DNA from: Planctomycetota bacterium
GTDB taxonomy: Bacteria > Planctomycetota > Planctomycetia > Pirellulales > UBA1268
Reading direction: 5' to 3'
Length of the DNA stretch: 43,527 bases
Assembly: GCA_003670865.1 (NCBI GenBank)
Contig: QWQJ01000035.1
Location: forward strand, 1 to 43,527
Position numbers and translations under genes: made by a program. Of this stretch, positions 1 through 9,344 are shown one piece after another; position 1 is the stretch's first letter; the number at the start of each line of letters is the position of its first letter. Below the pieces are notes generated by a model. It saw only the letters and a list, made by a program, of their open reading frames with translations, was not told the DNA's origin and did not search any database.

Positions 1-639
1 CAGGTCTGGATCATCGGCCAAGACCGTTCCAATGCCAACGGCGATGGCATCGATTCGCCCGCGTAAAGCGTGGACGATTCCTCGGGATTCCACCGATGAA
101 ATCCAGCGGTTGTCCGGCTGGCCTGTGGCCATGCAACCATCTAAGCTCATGGCCCACTTGGCAATCAGCCAAGGCTTTTTGTTCAACATAAGTTTTTGAA
201 ACGGGGCCGTTAACCGCCGGGCTTCATCTGCGTGAAGGCCTTGCTCTACGGTGATACCGGCGGCCCGAAGAGCCGCAATGCCGCTGCCATTGACGCTTTC
301 AAAGGGGTCTTGTGTCGCCACCACCACGCGCGCAATGCCAGCTGCAATGATGGCGACTGTGCAAGGGGCCGTTTTGCCCCGATGGCAGCAGGGTTCCAGC
401 GTTGCGTAGAGCGTGGCACCGCGAGCGAATGTGCCAGCAGACGCAAGCGCCATCACTTCGGCATGGTCCCCGCCATACTCCGCATGCCAGCCTTCGGCAA
501 CGATTTTTCGATGACCGTCCGGATCAAGAGTAGCGATCACCGCGCCCACCATCGGATTGGGCTCGACGCGTCCCTCGCCCCGCTCTGCGAGCTTGAGCGC
601 TCGTAGCATGGCAGCAGAGTCAAACGCGTCAAAAGCCAT
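1..639 (-). CDS. ribD: Riboflavin biosynthesis protein RibD (pyrimidine deaminase/uracil reductase); C-terminus lies beyond the left edge
   Basis: Absent from the ORF track because it runs off the window. Reverse-complement translation from the ATG at 639-637 is open for 213 codons down to base 1. It reads MAFDAFDSAAMLRALKLAERGEGRVEPNPMVGAVI...HAEVMAL...TLEPCCHRGKTAPC (zinc deaminase HAE / PC..C motifs), then KPWLIAKWAMSLDG (start of the reductase domain). Confidence 0.85.
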   Translation of the reverse strand, partial: MAFDAFDSAAMLRALKLAERGEGRVEPNPMVGAVIATLDPDGHRKIVAEGWHAEYGGDHAEVMALASAGTFARGATLYATLEPCCHRGKTAPCTVAIIAAGIARVVVATQDPFESVNGSGIAALRAAGITVEQGLHADEARRLTAPFQKLMLNKKPWLIAKWAMSLDGCMATGQPDNRWISSVESRGIVHALRGRIDAIAVGIGTVLADDPDL

Positions 640-696
640 CTCAAGAGTTCCGGCAGGAGTCGTCTAATTGTACGAGTGAATCGCGACGCTGACGGA

Positions 697-2883
697 TCAT
701 GAGCCGGGCGTCCAAATTGCTTTCTTTTCGCCGGACGATCCACCCTGCTGGCTCCCTGGTGTCCAGATCCCGGGTGACTCTGGCTGCGATGAACGAGTAA
801 CTCCAGCAGGGCCAGCGATCGGCAATCCCGATCCCTGCCCCATGCCCGCCTGACTAGCCAGCGACGCTAAATCAAAGCCTGCTTCGGAAAGTACTTCGGC
901 GAGGGCTTCGAGCACCTTCTGATCCCGCGAATGTTCGCGACGCAAGTGATCGAGCAACCGCACGATGCTCATTTGATCGCCTCGCTGCATGGCAATACGC
1001 AGTTCGGCTACGTCGACCATGCCGTCGCTCACCTTGAGTGTTTTAGCGATACCACGCATTTCAGCAATGATTTCTAATTTGCGATCGCTCAGGAGGGCTC
1101 GATCTTCCAGCAGACCAAGGGCTTCCCAGCGATCTTCGGGGCTTGTGTCGGTGCGGATCGTGATGGCCTCTGCTGCACGCTCGGCCGCTAAGTCGAAGCC
1201 GGCATTGAGGGCGGTGAGAAACAGCCCTCGCAGTTGGTCGAGATCGAGTGACTGCATGGCCACCCGGTGCCAACGCATCGGTGGTAATTCTTCAAGTGGC
1301 CTAAGCGATTCGAGAGTCGACGGCGGGGCAAGAGCTAATCGCTGTCGCATCGCGGCCCACGCATCAGCTGCATCCCGCCTTCGCGAAGTGGCTTCTCCTT
1401 CGATGATCAAGGCCTCTACGCGGCGAGCACCTGCTGGAAGTTGCACGGCCTCACGCGGTGTTTTACCTAATAATTCAGGCAGGGGCGTATCGGGCCAGAC
1501 GGCCAGAAACCGCTGCCAGAGTGCGGCATCCTGCCGCAAAAGAAGGGCATCGATGGCGGGCAGATCGGTGACCGTTCCAGATTCTGGCGGAGACATGCGA
1601 AACTGTGCGGCCAAGAGCCAGTTGGTGGGTGTTGTGGCCGGCAGGCCTTCCCGTTCGGCCGTGGCCTGAAACGCACATCCCAGGAGCGGCTCCACAATCG
1701 TTCGGGCAGTGGCGACATCGGGCGCAAACCCCTGCAGCACAGCTTCAGGCTCGCGATCGGTTTGCCGACCAAAAATGAGCAGTGAGGCCAACAGTCGCGC
1801 ATATCCAACCTGGGTCGCCTCAAACACACGCCACACCGAACGAGGTGGCGCTGTTCCTCTTGAAACCCATTCAGCGCGATCAAACTGGGCGGTCTCACAC
1901 CATGGACTGTGTCGAAGTTTATCTTCTAACAATTCAATCGCAGCCGCGCTTCCCTCAATGGTTGGTAGCGTTGCCTGCGTCCGCTCAAATAAAATCTGCG
2001 GCGAGCGATCCTCATCGGTTTCTGTTTCTAAGCTTATTGCCCGGCCGGTGAGTTCCACGGCGTGATCGGAATCACCACTGATTGCACCGCTCGCCGCCAG
2101 TTCGGCAGCGGCCAGCCAGGCCTCCGATGCTTCAAATGGGCGGGCAAGCATTTCACAAAGAATGGCGATATTGGTCAACAACTGCCGACTTTTGCCAGCC
2201 ACATCCTTTAGACTGCCAAAGGCTGACAAGCTCTCGGCTAGTTTCCAACTTTTAGCCAAGTCTATCGCCGCATCGAATGCTGGGCGATAGGCAGCGTCGG
2301 CCGGGGGCTCGAGGAGACGCATCTTGGTGCGGAGTGCAGCCGGCACACCCGATGAGCCGACAACCGAGACCAAAAGGCGTCTGTCTTCAGGACTTCCGAT
2401 CGACTTGTCTCGCATCCATTCAACAATTCCCTGCGCAAAGCCCACGTGTCCGGCCTGAGCACTAGCCTGCACAAGGGTTGCCGCAATCTTTACCAGTTCA
2501 GGCGAGACGGTCTCAGCTGACGCAGTGCGGGACTTGTCAAAAAGGGATGCCGCTTCCTGGATATTACCAGTCATGGCAGCGGCGATGGCGGCGTGGCCGA
2601 GGGCCAGCGGATTATCGGGAAAGCCTTCCAAAAAAGTTCGGCTCGTAATGGCTGCTTCGGCAAATTGTTTGGTGGAGAGTTCTAGGTTTATGCGAGTGGC
2701 CAAGAGGCAGGGACGGTTTGGATACCGCTGTGATAACCGTTCCACCTGAACCAGGGCAGCGGAGATTTGATCGCCCTCCACGAGTCGATCAAGTTGTTCT
2801 AAGTCAGTGATCAAGTCTGCACAACAAAACTTAATTTTCTTGCCGGTGCCGCCTGGGCAAGGGGAATATGAGTCGAATGGCAT
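697..2883 (-). CDS. Hypothetical helical-repeat protein with an N-terminal SEC-C-like metal-binding motif
   Basis: 728-aa ORF. The N-terminus MPFDSYSPCPGGTGKKIKFCC resembles the SEC-C motif CPCGSGKKYKKCC. The body is long, Ala/Leu-rich and helical (TPR-like). The Gly/Ser-rich C-terminus carries IWTPGS twice. Confidence 0.6.
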   Translation of the reverse strand: MPFDSYSPCPGGTGKKIKFCCADLITDLEQLDRLVEGDQISAALVQVERLSQRYPNRPCLLATRINLELSTKQFAEAAITSRTFLEGFPDNPLALGHAAIAAAMTGNIQEAASLFDKSRTASAETVSPELVKIAATLVQASAQAGHVGFAQGIVEWMRDKSIGSPEDRRLLVSVVGSSGVPAALRTKMRLLEPPADAAYRPAFDAAIDLAKSWKLAESLSAFGSLKDVAGKSRQLLTNIAILCEMLARPFEASEAWLAAAELAASGAISGDSDHAVELTGRAISLETETDEDRSPQILFERTQATLPTIEGSAAAIELLEDKLRHSPWCETAQFDRAEWVSRGTAPPRSVWRVFEATQVGYARLLASLLIFGRQTDREPEAVLQGFAPDVATARTIVEPLLGCAFQATAEREGLPATTPTNWLLAAQFRMSPPESGTVTDLPAIDALLLRQDAALWQRFLAVWPDTPLPELLGKTPREAVQLPAGARRVEALIIEGEATSRRRDAADAWAAMRQRLALAPPSTLESLRPLEELPPMRWHRVAMQSLDLDQLRGLFLTALNAGFDLAAERAAEAITIRTDTSPEDRWEALGLLEDRALLSDRKLEIIAEMRGIAKTLKVSDGMVDVAELRIAMQRGDQMSIVRLLDHLRREHSRDQKVLEALAEVLSEAGFDLASLASQAGMGQGSGLPIAGPAGVTRSSQPESPGIWTPGSQQGGSSGEKKAIWTPGS

Positions 2884-3212
2884 GGGTCAATTGGCTCCTG
2901 TTTTCTACGGCAATGTACCAAAGCCAGCCAACGCTGAAAGCCGCGCACAAGAGCCCGGGCTATCGCGCGTGAATCGCCTTGATTTCCAGTGAGAATTGCT
3001 TCGAGGACGTCTTTCATCCATCTGGCCGTTGGAAGTGTTCCTGTCAAGTCGAGAGACCGCTGGAGAGACGCTCATTTGAGGAGGACGAGTTGCCTCTCGA
3101 GCGGCTACCCTGCATACTCCAATACTCGCGTCGGTTGGCGGCCAGCGCAAGCATCTTTCTCAGTTACCCTTTCGGTGCGTGCACTCGCGCAGCCTTTCAC
3201 ACGAGCGAATCC

Positions 3213-4607
3213 GTGCAGCAACCACGCATTCTGATTATCGACGCCGAAGGAAGCGGCGGGCTACCCTACGCCAGATTGATCGCACGGCTTCAGCCTATGG
3301 AGGTGCGAGTCGAAACATCAATTGACAAAGCACGTAGCAGTCTGGCAAGGGATGCGTGGGATCTGGGCATTGTGACGGCCAGACCAGGGACGACTGCTGA
3401 GGGTCTGTACGGCGAACTCACCGCATCAGACCCCCAGCTACCGATGATCGTCATTGATCCGCAGCCGAGCATCGCGACGGCAAGAGCCTGCTTGCAGGCG
3501 GGTGCGGGCGACTACCTCGACATCACTCGTGTCGAAACGGATTTAGAAGACGCGATGGTGCGACTGCTCTCGGCGTCCCGGCGCAAAGCCGCCGAAGCGG
3601 TGCTCAGACGCGCGGTTGAAAGGCCCTATTCGTTCGATGAGTTTTTGGGCGAGAGCCCGCCGATGCAAAACGTTTATTCAATCATCGATCGCATTGCAGG
3701 CAGTTCTGTTGACGTGCTTGTCACCGGTGAAACGGGCACTGGCAAGGAACTAGTTGCGCGGTCGATCCATCTGCGCAGCCGCCGATCGGCGGGCCCGTTT
3801 GTGCCGGTTGACTGCGGCGCGATTCCCGATTCGCTGCTTGAAAGTGAACTCTTTGGCCATGAAAAAGGCGCATTTACCGGTGCTGATTCCAGACGGATGG
3901 GGCTTGTGGAATGTGCTGATGGTGGCACGCTCTTTCTCGACGAGGTGGGAGAGTTACCGCTGTCAATGCAGGCAAAGCTGCTGCGAATGCTGCAAGAACG
4001 CCGCGTGCGACGCGTTGGCGCACGACAGGAAAACGCCGTCGATGTACGCGTAGTCGCAGCCACATCGCGAGACATCGTCAAGATGATTGATCGTGGGGAG
4101 TTTCGCCGCGATCTTTATTACAGGATCAATGTAGTGAGGATTGAGCTGCCGCCGCTGCGGTCTCGCGGCGATGATATCGGCCTGCTCGCGGAGTTTTTTT
4201 CCAACCGTGCCGCGCAGGAAATGGGTCGCCCTGCCAGTGGCCTGAGCACCGACGCCTATCAGGTGCTGAGAAACTACGACTGGCCGGGAAATGTGCGGGA
4301 ATTACAAAATGCAGTGCGTCGGGCGATTGCACTGACGCAATCGAGCTTGGCAGGCGTCGACGACCTGCCGGACGAAGTGGTTGCATCCGCTCGTCGGAGT
4401 AGTGTTGAGGTGGGAGCGGTCGGTTTCTTTGCACAGCGGGCAGAGCAGATCGCCACGTTTGAGCGGCAGTATCTCCACGATCTGCTCACCCGAAATTCAG
4501 GCGATGTGTCGGCTGCTGCCCACCAGGCAAAGCTTCCGCGTGGCACGCTCTACAGACTGATGAAGGGGCACGCTCTCGACGGCGCGGCTTTTCGTCACGA
4601 GCGATAA
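3213..4607 (+). CDS. Sigma-54-dependent transcriptional activator (NtrC-family EBP) with a degenerate receiver domain
   Basis: AAA+ sigma-54 interaction domain: GETGTGKELVARSIH (Walker A), ESELFGHEKGAFTGA (GAFTGA loop) and LFLDEVGELP (Walker B). C-terminal Fis-type HTH (SAAAHQAKLPRGTLYRLMK). The ORF is open from GTG 2979. I prefer GTG 3213, just before the receiver-like RILIIDAEG, but the start is uncertain. Confidence 0.85.
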   Translation: MQQPRILIIDAEGSGGLPYARLIARLQPMEVRVETSIDKARSSLARDAWDLGIVTARPGTTAEGLYGELTASDPQLPMIVIDPQPSIATARACLQAGAGDYLDITRVETDLEDAMVRLLSASRRKAAEAVLRRAVERPYSFDEFLGESPPMQNVYSIIDRIAGSSVDVLVTGETGTGKELVARSIHLRSRRSAGPFVPVDCGAIPDSLLESELFGHEKGAFTGADSRRMGLVECADGGTLFLDEVGELPLSMQAKLLRMLQERRVRRVGARQENAVDVRVVAATSRDIVKMIDRGEFRRDLYYRINVVRIELPPLRSRGDDIGLLAEFFSNRAAQEMGRPASGLSTDAYQVLRNYDWPGNVRELQNAVRRAIALTQSSLAGVDDLPDEVVASARRSSVEVGAVGFFAQRAEQIATFERQYLHDLLTRNSGDVSAAAHQAKLPRGTLYRLMKGHALDGAAFRHER

Positions 4608-4704
4608 AAGTGGTTTTAGAAAGTCGTCGTATCACGCCAGAGAGGTTGGAGGTGGCAAGGGACGTCTGGGCTGGAGGTAGGCTTTGGTGGCCCGGCAAAG
4701 ACGG

Positions 4705-6687
4705 CTAGTCTTTGTTGAGCGGTTCAATCACCGCCGCATCGTCCAGTGGCACAATCCAGATGTTACGAAATCGGACGGGGCTGCCGTGGTCTTGCAAAAA
4801 GAGTGGCCCGGAGCCGGTTTCCAAGAGATGTTTTTCAACGCCTCGCAGATAGTCGGTGACGCCATGTTTATAGGGAATGTAGGGGGATCGTGGCTCTTTG
4901 AACTGAATGTTATCCTGGACTTTTTTACCGTTGAGCCATGCCGTGATTGAGCCCGCCTGAGTGATCTTTTTTTGGGCATTGCGACGCGGGGCGCGGAAGC
5001 GAATGTCGTACACCTGCCACTCTCCGACTGGCCTGGCAGCAGCCACGAGCGGCTTACCAAATCGATACAGGCTGCCTTCGTCTTGGTCGGTCGGGGGGTC
5101 GACTCCAAAGGAGTCGAATATTTGCATTTCGTAATGACCATGCAGGTAGAGACCACTGTTGCCCTGATGGACTGCCGTAGTCATAAACTCCGCGTGAATA
5201 TCGGCATCGCGAAAAGAGATTGTCGATATGATGTGGTTGGCATGGCCGGGCGAAGTCTTTACCTCCATCGCTCCTTCTTTAATCGGCCAGTCGATCGGGC
5301 CGCCCGACATGCTGACAAATTGTGCTGTCACAAGAGTCGATGGTTCGCTCGGCTGAGTATCCAGCAGAACAATTGCATTTCGAGGAGCCCCCGCCGGCAA
5401 CTGACTCTGGAGTGGATGAAACACATCCTCGACATCGACGGGATCCACGGCTCTTGTCAAGAGATGTTGATCGGCAAAGTCCGCGAAATGCTGCCAGTCG
5501 GATGGCAGAAGACTGTGCTTCCCTGTCCGCACGCGGTAGCCGATGTCGTGGCCGATTGGCATGTCGAGAGTAGGAAAAGCGACTGTTTCTAGACCCAATG
5601 TGCCAAACAGCTTCCACACCGGCCCGGCGGCACTGGCGGCTAGAAATTCACCGCGAGGATCAGCCCACCGGTCATCGCTGGCACTGGCCACATACAGCGG
5701 CCGCGGTGCGATCATCGCCAAGAGCGCGTGCTGGTCGCAGGGCAGTTCCATTTCGCGGTTGGCATAGGTGGCAAATGCGGGGCAGAACCAGTGCGGAAAT
5801 TGTTTTGTGATCGAGGCCACCGTCTCGCCGTAGTTGCGGCGGGATAGGGCAGCGCCACCACAGCCGGACTGATTGGAAATCACGAGCGCGAAACGGTCGT
5901 CGCACGCTCCAGCCCAAAGAGCCGCTTTTCCGAGACGCGAATGGCCCACTACGATTACTTTTTTTGGATCCACTTCAGGCAGCGTAACCAACCAGTCAAG
6001 AACTCTCGAAAGCCCCCACGCCCACGCTGCAACGGCCCCTGGTTCATCTTCCGCAAGGTTAGGTCCAACCGGCCTGCCAAGCGATTTGAGCACGCTCTCG
6101 GACCGACCATCTGGGCGATCCGGAAAAAAATCATTGCAAGCCACCGTAGCCATGCCGTAACCGCGATTGAGCATTGCGGCAACGGGCCAAGACTGACCCC
6201 AAGACTGACCCTTGGGCGGGATCGCCGTTTCTGCCTCATTGCCGGCAAAGTTGAGGCTGAGAAAACATGGCGCAGGCATGTTTTTTTTTGGTAGCACAAC
6301 AAGGATATCGACGGTTGGGGCATCTGCGGCTGTGCCCATACGAAGACGCGTTTCAATCCGCTCGGCGGGCACATCACCAGCGAGCGTCAGCGACGATCGC
6401 CGGGTAGAACCAACTTCCTGCACAACGACCGCAGGCAACTGCTTGCCATAAACAAACTTCTCTAACTGCCTCAGTTGATGTGGCCGCGATATTGTTTTCC
6501 ACTGCGAAATGGTTTGAGCAGGTACAGCATCGGGCCCAGCGAGCACATCAGGCAGTGTGTACGGTCGCACCAGATCTTCAGCGTAGTTGGGCTCCTCAGC
6601 CATTGCTGCCGGCAATCGATCCAATGCCTGTGGCTGGTAGAGCGTCATTACGATCAAAAATATTCCCACCCTAAAGCCGACAAGCAT
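4705..6687 (-). CDS. Secreted fusion of a CE15-like (glucuronoyl) esterase and a C-terminal DUF1080 / 3-keto-disaccharide hydrolase-family domain
   Basis: N-terminal hydrophobic signal (MLVGFRVGIFLIVMTLY). VIVVGHSRLGKAALWAGACDDRFALVISNQSGCGGAALSRR matches the bacterial CE15 nucleophile region (G-x-S-R-x-G). The C-terminal ~200 aa (NSGLYLHGHYEMQIFDS...GPLFLQDHGSPVRFRNIWIVPL) is typical DUF1080. Confidence 0.75.
   Translation of the reverse strand: MLVGFRVGIFLIVMTLYQPQALDRLPAAMAEEPNYAEDLVRPYTLPDVLAGPDAVPAQTISQWKTISRPHQLRQLEKFVYGKQLPAVVVQEVGSTRRSSLTLAGDVPAERIETRLRMGTAADAPTVDILVVLPKKNMPAPCFLSLNFAGNEAETAIPPKGQSWGQSWPVAAMLNRGYGMATVACNDFFPDRPDGRSESVLKSLGRPVGPNLAEDEPGAVAAWAWGLSRVLDWLVTLPEVDPKKVIVVGHSRLGKAALWAGACDDRFALVISNQSGCGGAALSRRNYGETVASITKQFPHWFCPAFATYANREMELPCDQHALLAMIAPRPLYVASASDDRWADPRGEFLAASAAGPVWKLFGTLGLETVAFPTLDMPIGHDIGYRVRTGKHSLLPSDWQHFADFADQHLLTRAVDPVDVEDVFHPLQSQLPAGAPRNAIVLLDTQPSEPSTLVTAQFVSMSGGPIDWPIKEGAMEVKTSPGHANHIISTISFRDADIHAEFMTTAVHQGNSGLYLHGHYEMQIFDSFGVDPPTDQDEGSLYRFGKPLVAAARPVGEWQVYDIRFRAPRRNAQKKITQAGSITAWLNGKKVQDNIQFKEPRSPYIPYKHGVTDYLRGVEKHLLETGSGPLFLQDHGSPVRFRNIWIVPLDDAAVIEPLNKD
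6187..6210 (-). repeat. Perfect 12-bp tandem duplication inside the CE15-like domain
   Basis: CCAAGACTGACC x2 on the + strand, encoding GQSW-GQSW on the - strand. Confidence 0.95.
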
Positions 6688-6732
6688 TGGTTTCTCCTAG
6701 CCACGCGTTTCGGGAGCCATCAGCCCTGTTTG

Positions 6733-7803
6733 CTACGAGACCCTCGACGGAGCGAGTGTGCCGAGCATTCTGTCAAGGGAATCAGAGGTCTGATAGACGA
6801 GGGCTTCGGGGTAGAATCGATAGGGGTGGAAGTATTCAAATGTCACGAATCCACGATAGCCGATCGCATCAAGGGCATCCATAACAGCGGGCCAATGTGT
6901 GGTGCCGTCGAGTAAGGGACGAAAGGTTTCCAGCGAGTAGTCGGTGCCCTTCTTTGTGAACTCCTTGAAGTGGACATTTTGAATCCGCTTGCCCAGGATC
7001 GGGATCCAGTGTTCGGCGTTTTGAAACATGGAGATATTTCCAGTGTCAAAGTGGACTTTGACATGGCCGTTATCAAATCGATCGACAAAGGCATTCATTT
7101 CCATGGGGGTCATCAGGTAGCCGTTAAAGAAGATATTTTCAATATTCAGCGATACATTGAGCGTCTCTGCCTGCTTTGCCAAGACGCCAATCGCTTCAAC
7201 GGCGCGAGCATCGCAAATGTCATTGGGCACCGGTTCGTGATCAGTTCTCCAAGGAATGTGCACGGCTCCCGGCACGACAAGGACATTTTCCACACCCATC
7301 TCATGAGCGGCCTTGGCGATCAGACCAGCGAGTTCCAAGCCTCGCTGTCGCTTTGCCAAGTCGTTGCTGGTGAGTGGGTAGGGCCAGAACAGAAAAGAAC
7401 AGAGCCCGCTAATCGCGATGCCGATTCTGTCTGCCATTGCGCGGATCGCGACCAGATCCTTAACCGTTGCCTTGGGGGAGAGATCGTTTTCGAGGTCGTA
7501 GTTGAGTTCGATGCCATCAAAGCCGGCATTTTTCGCCAGTCGCATGCACTCTTCCAGCGTCATTCGCTCGGGATAGGGAAATGCCCAAAGATTGATCGAC
7601 TTCTTCATCTCATAACGCTTGGGCGATGCGCGGCGATCGTCGGGCGTCAAGGGCAAAGCGGCGTCAGCAACCGAGACCGAACGAGTGCCCGTTGCTATCA
7701 CAGCAGCGCCACCTAGCACGGCCAAGCCGGATTTTAAGGCATCGCGACGCGCGACTTTCTTGTTTTGGCCCAGCGGAACCGAGAAGGGAGTCTGTTCAGT
7801 CAT
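6733..7803 (-). CDS. Tat-exported sugar phosphate isomerase/epimerase (xylose isomerase-like TIM barrel)
   Basis: Twin-arginine signal (KKVARRDALKSGLAVLGGAAV). INLWAFPYPERMTLEECMRLAKNAGFDGIELNY and HVKVHFDTGN are typical of the AP_endonuc_2 / xylose isomerase-like fold. Confidence 0.75.
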   Translation of the reverse strand: MTEQTPFSVPLGQNKKVARRDALKSGLAVLGGAAVIATGTRSVSVADAALPLTPDDRRASPKRYEMKKSINLWAFPYPERMTLEECMRLAKNAGFDGIELNYDLENDLSPKATVKDLVAIRAMADRIGIAISGLCSFLFWPYPLTSNDLAKRQRGLELAGLIAKAAHEMGVENVLVVPGAVHIPWRTDHEPVPNDICDARAVEAIGVLAKQAETLNVSLNIENIFFNGYLMTPMEMNAFVDRFDNGHVKVHFDTGNISMFQNAEHWIPILGKRIQNVHFKEFTKKGTDYSLETFRPLLDGTTHWPAVMDALDAIGYRGFVTFEYFHPYRFYPEALVYQTSDSLDRMLGTLAPSRVS

Positions 7804-7856
7804 GGCAAATTACCCCGAAGATTAAAAAAAGATGGACCCGACTGTGTGGGCAGAGG

Positions 7857-9344
7857 TTACTGTTTTGATGTGACCTTCGGGCGTTCCCATGTCTGGCCAA
7901 TCTTGTATCGCTTAGCGCGTTCAAGTGATTCGGCGTTTTTGCTCGTGGCCAGCACTATGTCGAGCGCTTTGTCAAACTCTAGTTTGTTGGGCTCGCGCAG
8001 GTCGCGGTGGTGGGCGAGTTCCACGATGCTCCCGCAGGCTTTTTCGGAAGTGACTGGATTTTCCACGAAAGGGAGGAGAAACCGCAAGGTTTCAATCGTG
8101 CGGATGGCACGAGCCCGCTCGATCACGCGATTTCGGTCATCATTTTCTTGGCAGAGCAACAGCGTTTTTTCAAGTAGGGCGAGGCGTTCCTGATTGGGCC
8201 GCTCGTCAGGCAATGGCGCCACGCGAATCAGAGCAGCCAGCAGCATGGCACGCGTGGCCGGCAGGTCTGCCTGCTGAAACAATTCCAAAAGTCGTGGCAC
8301 AATCGATGCATTAGGCCAATTACACAAGGCCCGCAGGCCAGACTGTTGCTTCCCAGCATCGCTGTCCTTAATCCATGTCTCTACAATCTGAAGGGAGTCT
8401 GGCCCGCCAACGCGGCCGAGTGTCCCCACGATAACGGCCGCATCGGCGGCAGCGAGCCCTTGCATGGCTTGAATCAGCGGTGCGGCTTGTGCAGTCACAT
8501 CTGGATTTCGTAAGCAAGCACTCACGATTGCTCGCTCTGCTTCGTCGCGTTCCCGACCAGTCTCTGCCCGAAGCACTCCGCAGACCATGCCCGCCACCTG
8601 CTCGGGACCAGCAATTTTACTGAGGGCTCGCATGGCAGCAGTCCGCACGATCGCATCTTTGTTCACTGCGGCTTGAATCATCACCGGCATGGTGGTCGTT
8701 TCACGCCTGTCGGCCAATATTTCCAGCAAATCGCTTTGCAACTCGGCCGAGCATGTAGGCAACACGGCAAGAATAGCGTTTGCTATTTCTGTGCCTTGCA
8801 ACTGTTTGAGGCTGATGTGCGAGGCTGTGCGCTCTCGCTGAGAAGCCGATAAACTCTTGACAAGCACGGGCACATCGGCCGCCTCTCCGAGGGTTCCGAA
8901 AGCCCGCAGGATTGCCTCCCGAATCGCTTCATTCTGGGTCATTGAGATGAGTGTGATCAGGGCAGGTCGCGCTTCCCGATCACCCCGGTCGGCCAGCGCG
9001 CTGAGCAAACCAATTTGTGACTCTGGCGAGAGCTTTGGAAGCAGGGCTGCAAAATGCCTGGTGGCTTCCGCACTTTTTGCGCCGCTACGAACACTCTCAA
9101 ACCCCACGGCCCGAAAGTCTTTGTCCTCACCAGAAATCAAGTCGGCGACCATCTTGATCAGTTCGTCTTGCTGGTTATCGTCAGCAACTGCCAGTCGCCA
9201 ATCAAGCAGCATGATCGCCAGCACAATTGCCACGAGGGCAATCACGATCCGGTGGCAATTCAATCGGTATTGAGGGTTTCGCTTGACCACGGCTAACACT
9301 TTGGTGACCAACGCAACCGATTCTAACGCTTCTGTTCGAGGCAT
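7857..9344 (-). CDS. Membrane-anchored HEAT-repeat protein
   Basis: 495-aa ORF with an N-terminal TM segment (IVIALVAIVLAIMLL). Repeated HEAT/PBS-lyase-like units follow (VRTAAMRALSKIAG, EAILRAFGTLGEAADVPVL). Confidence 0.6.
   Translation of the reverse strand: MPRTEALESVALVTKVLAVVKRNPQYRLNCHRIVIALVAIVLAIMLLDWRLAVADDNQQDELIKMVADLISGEDKDFRAVGFESVRSGAKSAEATRHFAALLPKLSPESQIGLLSALADRGDREARPALITLISMTQNEAIREAILRAFGTLGEAADVPVLVKSLSASQRERTASHISLKQLQGTEIANAILAVLPTCSAELQSDLLEILADRRETTTMPVMIQAAVNKDAIVRTAAMRALSKIAGPEQVAGMVCGVLRAETGRERDEAERAIVSACLRNPDVTAQAAPLIQAMQGLAAADAAVIVGTLGRVGGPDSLQIVETWIKDSDAGKQQSGLRALCNWPNASIVPRLLELFQQADLPATRAMLLAALIRVAPLPDERPNQERLALLEKTLLLCQENDDRNRVIERARAIRTIETLRFLLPFVENPVTSEKACGSIVELAHHRDLREPNKLEFDKALDIVLATSKNAESLERAKRYKIGQTWERPKVTSKQ

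Noticed and set aside
232-606. 124-aa + strand ORF (and the 246-446 / 537-743 minus-strand ORFs) at the left edge.
   Set aside because: They lie in other frames within the clearly recognisable ribD reading frame (minus strand, 1-639), and their products are Arg/Ala/His-rich with no motif. They are shadow ORFs of GC-rich DNA.
9323-9344. The 22-nt overlap between the two HEAT-repeat ORFs, considered as a possible frameshifted single gene.
   Set aside because: The downstream protein has its own start followed by a TM signal anchor, and the upstream one ends cleanly. Two separate genes is the simpler reading.
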